DNA of 64,000 bases from Hydrolagus colliei (taxonomy: Eukaryota): the NCBI GenBank assembly GCA_035084275.1, contig CM068755.1:6262001-6326000 (forward strand), in the 5' to 3' direction. Below, piece by piece: positions 38,335 through 52,124 of the stretch (position 1 is its first letter; each line of letters opens with the position of its first letter). Both the position numbers and the translations under genes were made by a program. Below the pieces are notes generated by a model. That model saw only the letters and a list, made by a program, of their open reading frames with translations. It made no database searches and was not told the origin of the DNA.

Positions 38335-39110
38335 ATAACCCCTCGCTTGATCCAGCGCCTTATCGTGTTGTTGAGACGTCGCAAAGCGTTTCACAAGTAA
38401 AGCGAAATGACTGTATATTTGTGGGCGAAACACGGCAGTCAATTGCGCACAGCCGTGTCCCACAAGCAGTTGGGGATTCAGTGACCAAATTATTTTTATT
38501 ATTATTTTTTGAGGGCTTATATAGCGATTTGACAATCGACTAACAATCAGGTTCCTACTTATAAGATGCCGTATGAGGCACGATATCTTGTATTTGCAGT
38601 GCTGCAGTGATGAACAGACTGAGGTGTTGATTTCAATCAATTAGATTTTCTTAAAAAATTGTTCAGGATTGTGGAAACTTCTTAAAATCTTAGTCTTCGT
38701 TTGGAAACTGGTTTATTTTCAAGATTTACGAAAGTTCTCCCACGTGGAGTCCTTTAGATCAGTGGTTGGAGCACTCGCCTCGAAAGCGCAAGACCTGGAT
38801 TCGATTCTCGACAGGGTGAAACGCTGGGCGCGTTTCCTTACTCCACCCAACTCTGTTTACCCAGCATTAAGTAGGAAACCGGTCGATTGGCGGATTGCTT
38901 TTCCGGGGGTTATAAGTACTTTTCAAAATAGCAAGGATTTGGTCAATTCAATCCACGACTGTTTGTGGGACACGGCTGTGCGCAATTGGCTGCCGCGTTT
39001 CGCCCCACAAACTGTACAGTCAATTCACTTTACAACATATTCTGGGAATTGCCAGAATATTGTCGAAGACATGATGAGGCGCAAATGCAAGTGTCATTAT
39101 TATTATACTA
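38335..39110. mobile_element. Inverted pair of tRNA-SINE copies (- ~38335-38570; + ~38745-39110)
   Basis: Shared SINE body in opposite orientations. Confidence 0.8.
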
Positions 39111-39269
39111 ATCCTTGCCTTTGATATAGTTCCTTATCGTGTTGTTGAGACACCCCAAAGCGCTTCACATGTTATGCTGCAAAGTGGTGTGTGTTTTGTG
39201 AGTGAAATAATGACTCAATTTTAAGACTTTTTCCACAATCCTGTGCAATTGTAAAATGTAAGACTAAAT

Positions 39270-39378
39270 GGAAATTATACAGAGTTATATATTATATAAT
39301 AATTATATTAATTGTATTAATTATATTAATTATAATTATATTATAAAAATAATAATTATAATGTATTAAAATTATACA
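39270..39378. repeat. AT-rich low-complexity tract
   Basis: (ATT/TATAA)-type run. Confidence 0.85.
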
Positions 39379-40409
39379 GGCAAGCTACTGAAATGACCCT
39401 AGTACTAAAGCTTGGTTATAAATCAATAGAGGTTCAGACCATTAGATTTACATCCAGTAAAACGACCTGCGAATAGTACAAACGGAAAGAGTTATGGAGG
39501 CGGTTTGTGAGATGGGCTCACTATTGGGACAGCAGCTTTGAGAAGAGAGAGGCTGACATGATGCCAACAGCTTGTGTGTTTCACTAAAACAGTGCGGGGC
39601 TGTGAATAGCAGTTACCTGAGTGCTTTCAGCCATTGCGCCCTGAAACCCTGGATCACTTTCCCTCCAACCCTCCACCTTGCTCCCTCCTTCCCCGTCTTC
39701 AAGTCGCTCCCGTCGACTTCTCTCTTCGACCATGCCTACCGTCCCCTCGTCCCAGTGCTCCAACACCGTCAGGCGCTGCGGGATTGTATCCAGCATGAGG
39801 GAACGCTATATAAAAGTAAGTTGTTGTTGTTCGGTTGGGCTGGGGGGGTGGCAGGGGGGGTGGTCTGATACGTACAGAAAGCCATCATTACGCTTAAGAG
39901 CATCCACACCAAACTGCGGACAGTGTACAGCCATGAGTGTACAGCTAGTGTTCCCATGAGATTCCAGCCCATTAGCAATGCAGATGAACAATATGTATCT
40001 ACTGGGTCAATCTTCTGAGCAGGCAGATGTGTCGGAGTTACTCTGGGGATGCTGGTTATGACTCCAAGTTGGAATAACTCACAGAGGTGGGCGGTACTGA
40101 GTTGTTGCCATGATTCACAGGCGGGGAATCGGGGCCTGAGAATTGGGCTGACTGCAGGGGTTCTGTGTGTGGGAGGGGTGGGGGGGGGGGGTGGGTGGGG
40201 GATGGGGGGAGGTATGGTGAATCAGTACGTGGCTCGAAAGTTACCCCAAATTCAAATTTTGAATTGGGAAACGTGACACAGTAGCAATGTAACTTACACA
40301 CACTGACCCCAAAATATAAATCATATTATAATAATAATCCTTGCATTGGATACAGCGCCTTATCACTTATTGGAGACATCTCATACGCTTCATATAATAA
40401 TAATGAATA

Positions 40410-40717
40410 CAGTAATAATAATAATCCTTGCGATTGATATAGAGCTTTTCACATCTTCTAGGTGTCTCAAAGCGCTTCACGGAATACACTGTAAAGTGAA
40501 TTGACGATGCATGTGGGTGAAATACGGCAGCCAATTGCGCACAGCAGTGTCCCACAAACAGTTGTGGATTGAAATGACCAATTATTGTTTTTATCTGAGG
40601 GATTATTATCAGGCGTGTGGCGTAAGAAAATGTGCAGAGGGTTTTGCCCTGCTTGGAATCTAAATGAAGTCTCTCGCTTGTAAGGCGAGTGCTCTAACCA
40701 CTGAGCCAAAGGACTCT
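40410..40717 (-). mobile_element. tRNA-derived SINE, near full length
   Basis: Head ...gagtcctttggctcagtggttagagcactcgcc; (ATT)n tail; extra tail copy at ~40330-40390. Confidence 0.85.
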
Positions 40718-40965
40718 ACTGCAATATACAACAACAAAATTACACTTGTAGAGTGCTTTTCACATTGGGAGGACATCCCAAGGTGTTGCACAGTTAGGAG
40801 TCAGGACTCCTGCAAAGCAAATCAATTGTATATTTCAGTGGACGAAATGTGGAAGCCAATTGCGCACAGCAGTGTCCCACAAAACAATCATGGATCGAGC
40901 GACTAAATTATTATTTTAAAATTTATTTTGAAAGGATTATTATCGCTGAATTATTACTGCCACAA

Positions 40966-42135
40966 ACAATGACAACTTGCATTTATATAGTGCCCTCCAC
41001 GCCAGGTGGTGTCTCAGAGCGCTTCACAATAGCACAGCCTGGGGCCGAGCCAGGGGAAGGGGAAAGGTCACCCCATTTCAGGCACAACCTGAAAATGGAA
41101 AAGGTGGGGGTGAGGCAAAGGGATTGAGGGAGTGAGTTCCAGAGTTTCGGGGTGGAGTGGCTGAAAGCACGGCTGCTGATGGTGGAGCAGACGATTCGGG
41201 GACAAGGAGGAAGCCAGACCCAGTAGAGAGGAGATAGTGGGTACTGTTGTAAAGAGAGAGGAGGTTAGAGAGGTTGTGGTGTGCAGAAGAGTGGAGGGAT
41301 TTAAACACAAGAGTGAGGATCTTGAAGTCGACCCCCTCTGTGACCCGGAAGCCAGTGAAGTCTAGCGAGGACTGGGCTAATCGGAGAACGAAGTTTGGTT
41401 CGGGTTAGAATGAGGGCGGCGGAGTTCTGTATGAGCTGGATTTTGTGAATGGTGGAGGAGGGGAGACCGGAGAGGAGGGCATTGGAGCAGTCCAGCCCAG
41501 AGCTGACAAAGGCATGGACCAGGGTTTTGGCAGCTTTTGGGGTGAGATATTGGCAGAGACGGACAATGTGGCAGAGATGGAAGAAGGCAGTGCTGGTGAG
41601 GGACCAGATGTGGGGGAGGAAGGATAATTGGGGGTCGAACCTGACGCCTAGGTTACATACGGGTTCGGAGAGTTGTAGAGGCAGGTCGGGTAGGTGGAGG
41701 AGATGAGAGCCATGAGGCTAAAGATGTCAATGAGGGCCAAAGACTTCTGTCTTGTCAACGTTTAGCTACAGGAAGTTTGCGCTCATGCAACTCGAAGTCT
41801 GACACTGTCAGAACATCAGGGGACAGGGGATCGCAATTTGAGGTGGAAAAGTAGGTTTGAGTGTCATCCACATACATTTGGAAGTGTACCCCATGTCTGC
41901 GGATGACATCACCAAGAAGCATCATGTAGATAAGGAAGAGAAGGGGGCCAAGGATGGATCTTTGGGGTACTCTGCAGGTGACTGGGAGACAGTGAGAGGA
42001 AAAGCCGTTTGGAGAGGTGTACTCCTGGCGGTTTGCGAGGTAAGACTCAAACCAAGCGAGCGCGGTCCCACTGAGGTGGATGACGGAGGACAGTCGGTGG
42101 AGGTGGATGGCGTGATCGACTGTGTCGAAGGCGAT
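40966..42135 (-). mobile_element. L2 LINE, decayed RT to 3' end
   Basis: AFDTVDH..LHRLS...GTALAWFESYLANRQ...VPQRSILGPLLFLIYM..LGDVIRRHGVHFQMYVDDTQ in ORF 41755-42186. Confidence 0.92.
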
Positions 42136-43227
42136 GAAGGAGGCAGAGGGAGCCCTGGTCACACATAAAGAGGACAATTGTTCCAATTGATGAATAGCTG
42201 GGTTTCTACTTGCTGCAGGGTGAACAGAGGCAAGTGCTGTAAGGAAAATTGCCTAAAGGTTTCGCCCCATCCGGGAATTGAACCCAGTTCCTCTCGCTTG
42301 CGGAGCGAGTACTCTAACCAATATGCAACAGGACTCCATATATATTTGCAAGGGGGAAGTATTAACCAAAACCTCTACTTGATCTTGTCCTTTTCATAAA
42401 TAGACCTGATTTTGTAGTCATGCAGAGTCAAGTCTAGCAAATGAGCATGTGGTAGTTATTAGCAATTGTTGGAATTAATGTCAAGAATAACGCTTAGAAT
42501 CAATGAGGTAATTGTGTGTAAATAGATTTGCAATAATACTCGAGATGCTGAATAACGGAGTCACCAACATTCTCTTCACTGTTTGCACTTTCAGTCGGAG
42601 TTCCTTATATAGTAGTGAATCAGTCCAGATGTTGACTTAGCCACAGAAATAATAACTTTGAACCTCCTCAGAAATTGGCGGGCCCCAAGCCAAGGCAAAC
42701 ACAGCAGTAAATGAACATTACAAATTCTCTCCAACACACAAATACCCTTTCTACTGCCCTAGCATTTAGAGAGTCTTATGTGCCTATTTTAAAATGAAAA
42801 TGACTCTGTTTTTCCTCTTCTCTACGTGTTGACTCCTTGCACTGAATGGTTCCATGGGGATCAGCAACCTTTTGGAAACTTGGCCAAGTGTCTTTTTTTG
42901 CGTAGGAGACTAGAGAATGAGTGTCAGAAAATATACCATCGCAGTCAATTCAATCCTATCCGTACTGCTTGTTGGCCACATACATTTCCCACCAGTGGAT
43001 ACTCTGGATAACTGATTTCTCTTCCCTTCGCTTCAGCATTTCCTCAGGGACGATGAGGTGCGTTCTAGCACCCAGCTGCTGTCCTAACTGAGAATAAGTG
43101 ACTAATAATATTTTGCCCACATAGTAGACAGGCACTACACTTTATGGTATATTTGTGAAGTGCTTTGAAACGTCTCAATGACGTGATAAGGTGCTATAAC
43201 AAATGCAAGGATTATTATCATTTTTAA

Positions 43228-43547
43228 GTGGAGTCCTGTAGCTCAGTGGTTAGAGCATTCGCCTTTTAAGTGTGAGACCTGTGTTCGACTCCAGGCAGGT
43301 CAGGGTGAAACCTTGGGCAAGTTTCCTTACTCCACACGCCTAATAATAATCCCTCCAGAAAAAACACAATAATAAAATGGGTCATTTGAAACCACAATTG
43401 TTTGTGGGACACTACTGTGCGCAATTGGCTGCCGCATTTCGCCCACAAATGAACAGTTAATTCACTTTACAGATTATTCTGTGAGGCAATTTGAAATGTC
43501 TAGAAGACGTGAAAAGCGCCATATCAAATTCAAGGATTATTGTTATT
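43228..43547 (+). mobile_element. tRNA-derived SINE, full length
   Basis: gtggagtcctgTAGCTCAGTGGttagagc..GTTCGACTCC..; tail ...gcgccatatcaaattcaaggattatt. Confidence 0.9.
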
Positions 43548-44014
43548 AAGTGCCTCAGCACACATCATTCAAACCTGAGAATGTCTCGTCTGTATAGATA
43601 AGTCGTACACTTTAACCCACCAACTAGACAGTTTAGGATTTTTCTCCAATACACTTGTGTTAGCTTATTGTGAAATTCTTATTCCCCCCCAACCCCCGCT
43701 ACTTAAATTAATCTTTGGGGCTGCACCCATGAAGTGGACGTTTTTTAAAACACTTTTTAAAATATATATTGTTTATTTTCAAATCAGGCAAATTTCTTTC
43801 TTTATATCCTCAATTTCACAACCCTTATTGGCACAAATCAACTGATCCCTTTCCCATGAGAGGAAGTGCCTCTGTTGTTATCATGTGTGGAGAAAATCGA
43901 GACAGCCTTTTCTTTCACTGGGTCTGAGCATATATAAATATTATTTGTGTTATATATACAGTATGTGTGTGTGTACATCGATACACAGTACTTTGTGGTG
44001 AAACGCTAGCTTTT

Positions 44015-44925
44015 AAATCCCTTCAATAGCTTAGCATCTTCCTACCTCTCCGACCTGCTTATTTCCTAACCCACTGTCCACTACCTGCGCTCGGCTGGTT
44101 CCTGCAATATCCCTCATACCCTCCGTTCCACCTTTGGCGGCTGCATTTTCAACCACGACGCCCTGAAACTCTGAAACACTCTTCCTCTGTCCTTACTCCT
44201 CCCTTCCCCATTTTAATTTTCCAACTGAAGACCTTCCTCTTCGACCGTGTCCATGATCACCTCGGCCCTCCTCTGGGTTCGGGATCATTCTCCATCACTG
44301 TCAAACACGCTGGGACAGCCCTGCGTGAGGGGGCGCTATATAAATGCAAGTTGTTGTTGTTGAAACAAATGGTTCGGGGTAAGTGTTTTTGGAGCCCAGG
44401 AAGATTTAGAGGGAATATATAGAAATTTCAATCCCTCGACCAATTTGGATTTGACTCCAAAATTATGAATAGGCTGTTGTAATAAGGAAACCTTTGATCT
44501 GACATTTATACCGTACATTTGAAGGCCATTCACAGCCTTGCCCCCGCCTATCTCTCTGACCTGCTGTCTCCCTACCAGCCTGTGCCCGCACCCTCCGTTC
44601 AGCAGATTCAGGCCTGCTCTGTGTCCACCGCTCTAACCGCCTAACCATCGGCGGCCGGGCTTTCAGCCTCTCTGCTCCCACACTGTGGAACTCCATCCCA
44701 CAGCCCCTCCACCTTGCTTCCTCCCTTTCCTCCTTCAAGGCCGGTCTCAAGACCTTCCTCTTCAACCGCGCCTTCGGCTCCCCCACTAACTCTTCCTCCT
44801 CTCCCACTCTCCTTCCCCTTCCCCCTACCCCGATCCTCCCCACCCCGGGTCCCGACCTGACTGTTCAGCGTTTTGGAATGAAAGGTGCTATATAAGTGCA
44901 ATCTTGTTGTTGTTTTGTGGTTGTT
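44015..44925 (+). mobile_element. Two tandem L2 3' fragments (~44015-44362 and ~44490-44925)
   Basis: L2 C-terminal pattern (ccatcggcggccgggctttcagc..ctgtggaactccatccc..caagaccttcctcttc) with (TTG)n tails. Confidence 0.87.
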
Positions 44926-45354
44926 GTACATGCTGTATATATAAAGTTAAGTTATCATAGTTGTAATGCTGTATCTCTCACCCTCTAAAATTAGAAATAC
45001 CGTACTTATTCACAATAAGGTATTCAGATGAGGAAGTCACTTTGGACCCATTCAATTGCAATTGTAAAGCAAACCATTGAAATGATCCCATTCAGATCAT
45101 TGTACTGTATTTGTGTAAGTGCTTGCTCCACCAATGAAACCATCTATCCTCATCTCAATTCCCTGCACTTTCCCACTATCCTCTAATATCCTTCCTCTGG
45201 AAAAGACCATGGTGAGTTCCAAATTAAAAGAAAATTTAAACTACTCTATCTCTCATGCTCTTCAATTAATGCATTCACTAAATAGCCATCAAATTCTTTC
45301 TTGTTAGCGCTAATAGTGTGTCCAGCAATGCCTGAATACAAAGTTACATTCCAT

Positions 45355-45690
45355 ACTGACACTGCAGTCCAGTTCAGGACTGAGGGAACGCAGCATGGTC
45401 AGAGATGCCATCCTTCATTGAGATGTTAAAACAAGGTTCCATATGTTTGTTCAGGTGGATATTAAGCAACAAGATTAAAAAAAAACGAAGTGAGTTTCTC
45501 CTGGTCTCCGGGCCAACATTCCTTGAGACAAAAATTGTTTAGTTATTGAATGATTGTGTTTGCGAGCTTGCAGTGCTCAAAATGAATATTGTGTTTGTTT
45601 GACAAACCCTACACTGAAATTCCCTGTGAAGTGCCTCGAGATGTGTTGAAGCGATGGCGTATACCAAATTAATTCAAAGGATAATTATAT
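45355..45690 (+). mobile_element. Older Deu-domain SINE fragment
   Basis: actgagggaacgcagcatggtcagagatgccatccttcattgagatgttaaaacaaggttcc..caggtggatattaag. Confidence 0.65.
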
Positions 45691-47784
45691 TGTTGTAGCC
45701 ACTGGCTATCTTTATTCTGGACATATTTGGAGCCATGATACGAATATTCCATTTGCTCCAGCTCAGTCCTTTCTAAAATTGCATAGCATTGAGTCATTTG
45801 CTATAAATACCTGGCAGAGCACTTGTCTGAATGAAGGCGAATTTCAAATAGGCCAGATCAAGTCTTTCCCAGTTTTGATGGACTCGGGGGAAAAATCCAG
45901 ATGAGATAAATCCTTTCGAAAAGGATTCGTCGAGAAGCCGCCCTCGTATTATTTGAATTAAATGCTCAAGTAGTCAATAAGCATCTACACTCAAAACTTT
46001 ATTAGGTCTCCTAAAAAAAAAGTATTCTTCTTGTCTTTCTGAGAAGCAGGATGGAGAGCCGGAGGTCACTTTTGGTCGATTCTCTTTCTTGGTCTCTGTC
46101 ATCCATACCCCAGCTTGTTAGACTCAAGGGTTTACGAGCAAACATTGCAAATCCAGCTGTGTCAGTTTTATTAGCAATAAGAACAGTGTGCCTCCACTTC
46201 CTCTCTTCTTCCTCCCACTTCAATCTTAGTCCCACGCGGACAGTAATGATAACTCTATAAGCTTTCCTCCTTCTCATCTCTTCGGTGGTGGGAACATAGT
46301 TCCTGAATCCGTCCCAGAGTTAGTGTGGGTGGGGGCGATTCTGGCACAAAGTCTAGGATATTATGTTCTGAATCTCCATATGGGAACTCTATTAGTGTGG
46401 GGGTCTGTACTTAAAATCTTGATCAGGTTATCAATTCCCCTCTCGGCTTGAAGCAGTAATAAGGTGTCTTGTGTCCCAGCTAATACGTTGCATGAACGCG
46501 TGGGCAGGTTAGAAACAACAAACTTGGGTTCAGAGGGTCCCCATTTAGTCTATATAAATATAGAGCTTGAATTTAACATGTTTCACTGTAATGGGAATTT
46601 TAATGTACCGCACTGAATAGAACATATTGTTCTCTGAGAAATGTCATGTCAACATAAATATTATATGTATAATATTAGCTGGGCAGGCGTTCAGGAGTTT
46701 TGCTTGATTTGCTCCGGCAACAGGGAGAAGCTTTGCAGAACTTTTTTTTAATGCAGAGATTAATTGGTTGAGGTAGAATCCAAGGTGGAACGTTATTTTC
46801 AAATGGTCTGTGGCAGGAAGAGGTGTGACGAGCCAAATGCCTTCACTAGATTTGGGTGTGTGTCGTCAGAGATGCAGGCCAATTTCCATTATACCAGACC
46901 ACTTGTGGTTGGACATACGTTCCCTCAACTGACCCTAATACATTATTCTTTTTTCCATCGCTCCCTCCCTAAGACGTGGCACGTATTGGTGATTTTTAAA
47001 AAATCCGAATCCGATCAAATTTCATTCGAGTATTTCTGAATATTTCTTTTTTCAAGGAAGGTTGTGACCTCCCTAGTCAATCAGCCGTTGAAATCTGAAA
47101 ATTGAGTTCGACAGAGTAATCTGAAGGCTGTTGGTACTGTAAAAAGTGACTATTCAGCCATGGACTGGGTGGGGTTGAGGTTTTGAAAAATGCCTCAGCA
47201 AATGGGTTGAATCAGTCATAGGAAGTTGCTTTCGGTTATTGCCTCCAGGAGAAGGCGGTTGGTTTCATTTGCTCTGTGGTGACTGATGTACATTGAAGCA
47301 ATTTGTGGTTTAATGTGGAGGGTTTGCCTCTTTCCATGGATTGAGCCCAACGCTTGTGCTCTGATCCAGATGACTGCTCTACAGTGCTCTCGCTACCCAT
47401 CACTGTAACCCTGTGTAGACCCTGCAGTATGAAAGCCAGAATGTAATTCGGTATTAATTGCAGAGTATAGTTGACTTCACCTGTGTAACTTTGAGGAGTT
47501 TGGACTGTCAGATGCATTTCGTCTACCAGTTTGAGCATTTAATTCAAAGAAGATATGGGGTGAAAGTTACATTGTCCATTCTTTAATTAAGGAAAGGAAT
47601 ATGTTGAGGAGCACTACAATCTTGGTGCTCAAGTGAGCTCTGCTATCCTGTGAATGGGACAAACTGCGGACATTTTCAGCTTTGCGTGTCAGTGCTGTTT
47701 CCAGAGCTGGCTGTGTTTATGTGGGTGTTGGTGAGACACATGGAGAAGAAGACATAATTAATTTCAGTGTGGATGAAAGTACTA

Positions 47785-47999
47785 CAGTAAAAGCCAGTTT
47801 ATCCGTGACCCGATCAACCGTAACTTCCGTATAACCTGCACCTCAAAAAAACAGGCCCTCATTCGATTAACCAGGATTTATCTGGCACAATCTATTTATA
47901 AAAAAATGTTTTTGTGTGTGTTTTCGGCCGAATATCCGGCACAAGCTTTAACCAGCATTGGCCAGGTCCCTAGGGTGCTGGATAAATTGACTTTTACTG
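47785..47999. mobile_element. Tigger-like MITE, copy 2 (inverted relative to 8973-9181)
   Basis: TA|cagtaaaagccagtttatcc ... ggataaattgacttttactg|TA; internal homology to copy 1. Confidence 0.87.
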
Positions 48000-49102
48000 T
48001 AGTATAGGTATCAAATTGTTACTGGCACTTTTTTTTGTTACTATCCAGCACACGTTGGAACAATAAATGTACAACTGAGCGACATTGTTCATTGCAAATG
48101 CTGTCCTTTAATTTGTCGGACCTGTATTTGACTCCAGCTTGAACTGATGAGATGAAAGTCTCCAGTGTTCAGTGTTAGTGTGTTCACTGAGTTCTGAACA
48201 CAAGTTGTGTTTGTACATTTTAGAAATGGCTTCTTTTATCTTCCGCAAGGGAAACAAGGGCCTCGAAATAGAATCACTTCACAAGTTTTCCGGGATTCAA
48301 ATGACGCAGGAGATAATGAGTAAATTAACCCATGTGAAAGGATCGACGATGACAGGAACATCTTACAAATTGATGGGTATTGTGCAGAATGGACCACATG
48401 TCAGGGGTTAACTTTCTTCTTGACCCCACTCCTAACGGTTTCTAAAGACTGACAAATAACTTCTCTAGTAAAAATGTAGCAGTTCTGCTTTTGTGATGTT
48501 TCAATGTTAAAAATGTACAGTCAATTCACTTTACAGTATATTCTGTGAAGCGCGTTGAGACATCGATAAGATGTGAAAAGTGCTTTATCTAATGCAAGGA
48601 TTTTTATTAAAAAGGTACAGATGTGGTAAATGTACAATTCTCTTGCAATGTATAGGACAGTACCGTGCTCTAGGACGTGTGAAGGTCGGTATATAAATCC
48701 AAGTTGTTGTTGTTATGGATACAGAAACCTTTTATGGTGCTTAAGAATATAAGACTCTAGAGCTAAAGCCTTTATATTTTGAGACAAACTCAACTCTCCT
48801 GGTAAAATCACGCCACACATTAGCTTTCCAAGTCTTGGGAACTGTCTATTTCTCATTGTCTGCCAAGACACCTCCGCCAGCAAAGTGATAGAAATGATAA
48901 ACAAAGGCAAGTAGTGTTACATTTGTATATATTACCCCAAAATGCCTTCTGCAGCTTGTTTTATGCCCTACCACATTGGGCAGCGGATTTGATCGATGGT
49001 GTAGTTTCCACTTGTATTAGTAATAAACTGCAGATTTGCTGTGCTATCCTATAAATTCAGGAGTTTTACGTCCTGTTAACATAATGCAAGTTTATAAGTG
49101 TT

Positions 49103-50046
49103 ATCATAGAATCATAGACTCATAGACTTTTACGGCACAAAAGGAGACCATTTTGCCCATCTAGTCTGTGCCGGCTCTTTGAAAAGAGCAACTCAATCCC
49201 ACTGCCCCGCGCTCTCCCCATAACCTAACAGACCTGTTCTCCTTAAATAAAGATCTAATTCTCTTTTAAAAGCTGTTATCGAATCGGCCTCCACCACCTT
49301 TTCAGGCAATGCATTCCAGATTCGAACAACCAGCTGAGTGAAAACATTTCTCCTCAGCTCCTCTGCTTTGTTTTGAAACTATTTTAAATCTGTGACCAAG
49401 AGTCACAGATTCGCCCACCAATGGAAACGTTTTTTTCTTATTCACCCTGTCGAATCCCCTCATGATTTTATAAACCTCTATTAGGTCTCCTCTCAACCTT
49501 CTCTGTTCCAAATAGAATAAACCTAACCTATCTAGCCTTTCCTCATAACTGAAGTCCCTCAATCCTGGTACCATTCTAGTAAACCTTCTTTGCACCCTTC
49601 CCAATGCATTAACATCCTTTCTATAGTGTGGTGACCAGAATTGGACACAGTACTCCAGCTGAGGCCTAACCAAAGTTTTATAGAGGTTAGTCAGCATTTC
49701 CTGACTTTTGTACTCTATACCCCTATTTATAAAGCCTAGTATCCCATATACTTAACAGCTTTGTCTACCTGTCCTGCCACCTTCAAAGAGTCGCTAACAC
49801 AAATCTCCAGGTCTCTCTGTTCCCTCACACCCCTTAAAATTGTACTATCTAGCCTATATTGCCTCCCCTCATTTCTTCTCCCAAATTGTATCACCTCACA
49901 CTTCTCTGCATTAAAGTTCATCTGCCATGTGTCTGCCCACTTTACCATTTTATCTATATCTTCTTGCAGATGGTTACTATCCTCCTCACTATTTACTATT
50001 CTCCCTAACTTAGTAACGTCTGCAAACTTGGAAACTGTGCTCCCTG
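49103..50046 (-). mobile_element. CR1-clade LINE, 5'-truncated ORF2 C-terminus plus 3'UTR
   Basis: WADTWQMNFNAEKCEV, LYKTLVRPQLEYCVQFWSPHY, EQRRLRGDLIEVYKIMRG; octamer tail (..TTCTATGA..) at ~49103-49126; frameshifted. Confidence 0.95.
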
Positions 50047-50336
50047 TTACGTTATGGTTAAATCCATGGATTGTTAGAATGTTAAGCGTTGCCTGCAGTG
50101 TTACACTGATGAGGTGCAGCTAGCTAGTAAGGGCTCTTGAAGGGTTGCATGTGGGGTACTATATAAATATAAGTTGTCAATGTTGGGGAAGCAGTGCCCT
50201 GGGTGATTAGTGCATGTATTGTGCCAGAAACAGTACATTGAAAATAGGCTGTGAAAGCATGTAAGATTACGGCTATTGGCCTAGGAAAAAAATTGCATTG
50301 AAACCAATGATATACTAATAAGTATATCATTATACT

Positions 50337-50853
50337 TAGGTACCCCGCCCCAACCGCGTTTTTTTCTACCGCGAATTTCACTTATCCACGGTTGGCTTGC
50401 GGCGACAACCCTACAGCAATGGGTTTTGCGTATCTGCTGGTTTTAAAACTAACACTAGCGGTTGATGCGAGGACCCAGTTGCAATGTTGCAATCAACCAG
50501 CGACGCTGTCGCTTCTCCAGATCCACTCCCCTCAATGTCACCCCCCACACCACCTTCTCTGCATCCACCCCCTTCGCACTCGTCGGTGATTTATGAACTG
50601 GAGGAGGAGGCAGAGGAATAGGGTGCGCAGGGTCCCTCTTCCATGTAACAGCACACCACAATCACCTCCCCCATCATCATCATTAGGATTTAGGTAAATA
50701 ACATGAATTTTTTTGTGTTTAGTTCAAGGACAAGCAAACTTACTCCCCCTATCCCCATGTTTCCCATAGGGCCCTGCATTTTGCAACCGCGGTTTTACTA
50801 ACTGAGGAGGTTTTCTATGTCACGTATCCCCCGCGGTTGGGGAGGGATACCTG
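50337..50853. mobile_element. Second Tigger/pogo-like non-autonomous element
   Basis: taggtaccccgccccaaccgcg ... cgcggttggggagggatacctg|TA: ~22-bp imperfect TIRs; internal accgcg subterminal motifs. Confidence 0.75.
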
Positions 50854-51544
50854 TATTTGCATTGTTTGCTATTTGAGGCTAGATTTGAAATGGTCAATCG
50901 TTACAGGGTCAAATTGTGCACCAAACAGAATCTTTATTTTATCCTGCGAGGACTGACGTTCTCAATGTGCCCACACAACCTTTCCCAGTACTGCAACTAG
51001 AGAGCAGAGAGGGCATTTTGTTTTATTGGTGGGCAGAGGTTATGTCTCCTCATCTCCATTAACCCTACAGACAAGGTCCCCATTCCACCTTCCCCCGGCT
51101 CCCCCACCTAACTCTTCTAAGCCCCAAACTGCTGCAGGGCAATGTGGAGCTCAACTACATCTTTACGACCACCCAAGCAAGAATGGCTTCTATGCCAGGG
51201 CTAAGCCTGGGCTGAGCCTAGTGACGAAAACAACAAAATTACACTTGTATAGCGCCTTTCACGTCGAGAGGACATTCCAAGGAGCTGGACAGTCACTGTT
51301 ACAGTGACCAGTGCTCTAGAGAATTCTTCCTTAAGGGTATGGAGGGTGTGGGGGGGAGGGAGTGGGGCAAAGGCTCGAAGACGTACAGTGAAGCATATCT
51401 GAGACACAAAGTTTCACCAAGTCTTAATAATAATAATAATAATCCTTGCATTTGATATAGAGCTTTTCACATCTTATCGACATCTCAAAGCGCTTCACAG
51501 AATATACTATAAGGTGAATTGACTGTATATTTGTGGGCGAAAGT

Positions 51545-51755
51545 CTTAGCTTGAAGGACCAATTCATTTTTAAGTTAACGACTATGCAGACTTCTGAAAC
51601 CCAGTCTTAATTTTGCAAGTCATTTCCTTTTAAGAATTGTGGAAACCTTCTTTCAAAGTAAGACCGAATTTAAGAATTTTCCTACAATCCTATGTGGTCT
51701 TAAATGATTAGACAAATAAGCATTACATGCTAAAATTAGGTGGAATCTCAGCCCT
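51545..51755. mobile_element. Dispersed AT-rich repeat family, unclassified (probably a non-autonomous DNA transposon); related pieces at ~38640-38735, 39215-39285, 55880-56050, 56800-56870 and 57270-57350
   Basis: Shared motifs aattgtggaaa, tttaagaatttt(c)ccacaatcc and taagact; ends ggaatctcagccc. Confidence 0.45.
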
Positions 51756-52124
51756 TGGCTTTTTGATATGAATGCGATTGATATGAATGTGAGTGAGTGC
51801 ATTAATTCAGTTTTTATTAACCTAATATTTTATGAATGCTGACCCCAGACCCCTGTTTTCCTGGAGTTTTCATTTTATAAACGTGACCTGTTGACACATA
51901 TCAATTTTAGGCACACAACTTTACCCCAAATCCAATTTGTTTATCTCATGGAAATATAATTATTTGTTTTGTCATTGCTTCCCAGCTTTCACTGAAAACC
52001 TAATTTATTTTAGTTTGTGTTACAAACCGCCCTCTCAATATCCTGTACGCAGCGCTGTCTTCAGCTAAAAATACATGGGAAAACTAATAAACTTTCCAGT
52101 CACACAGCTCCAAGAGAACTCTTA

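Noticed and set aside
48140-48175. CTGATGA-gat-GAAA-gtc hammerhead-like string
   Set aside because: Only 3 nt lie between the cores, so no stem II can form; probably chance.
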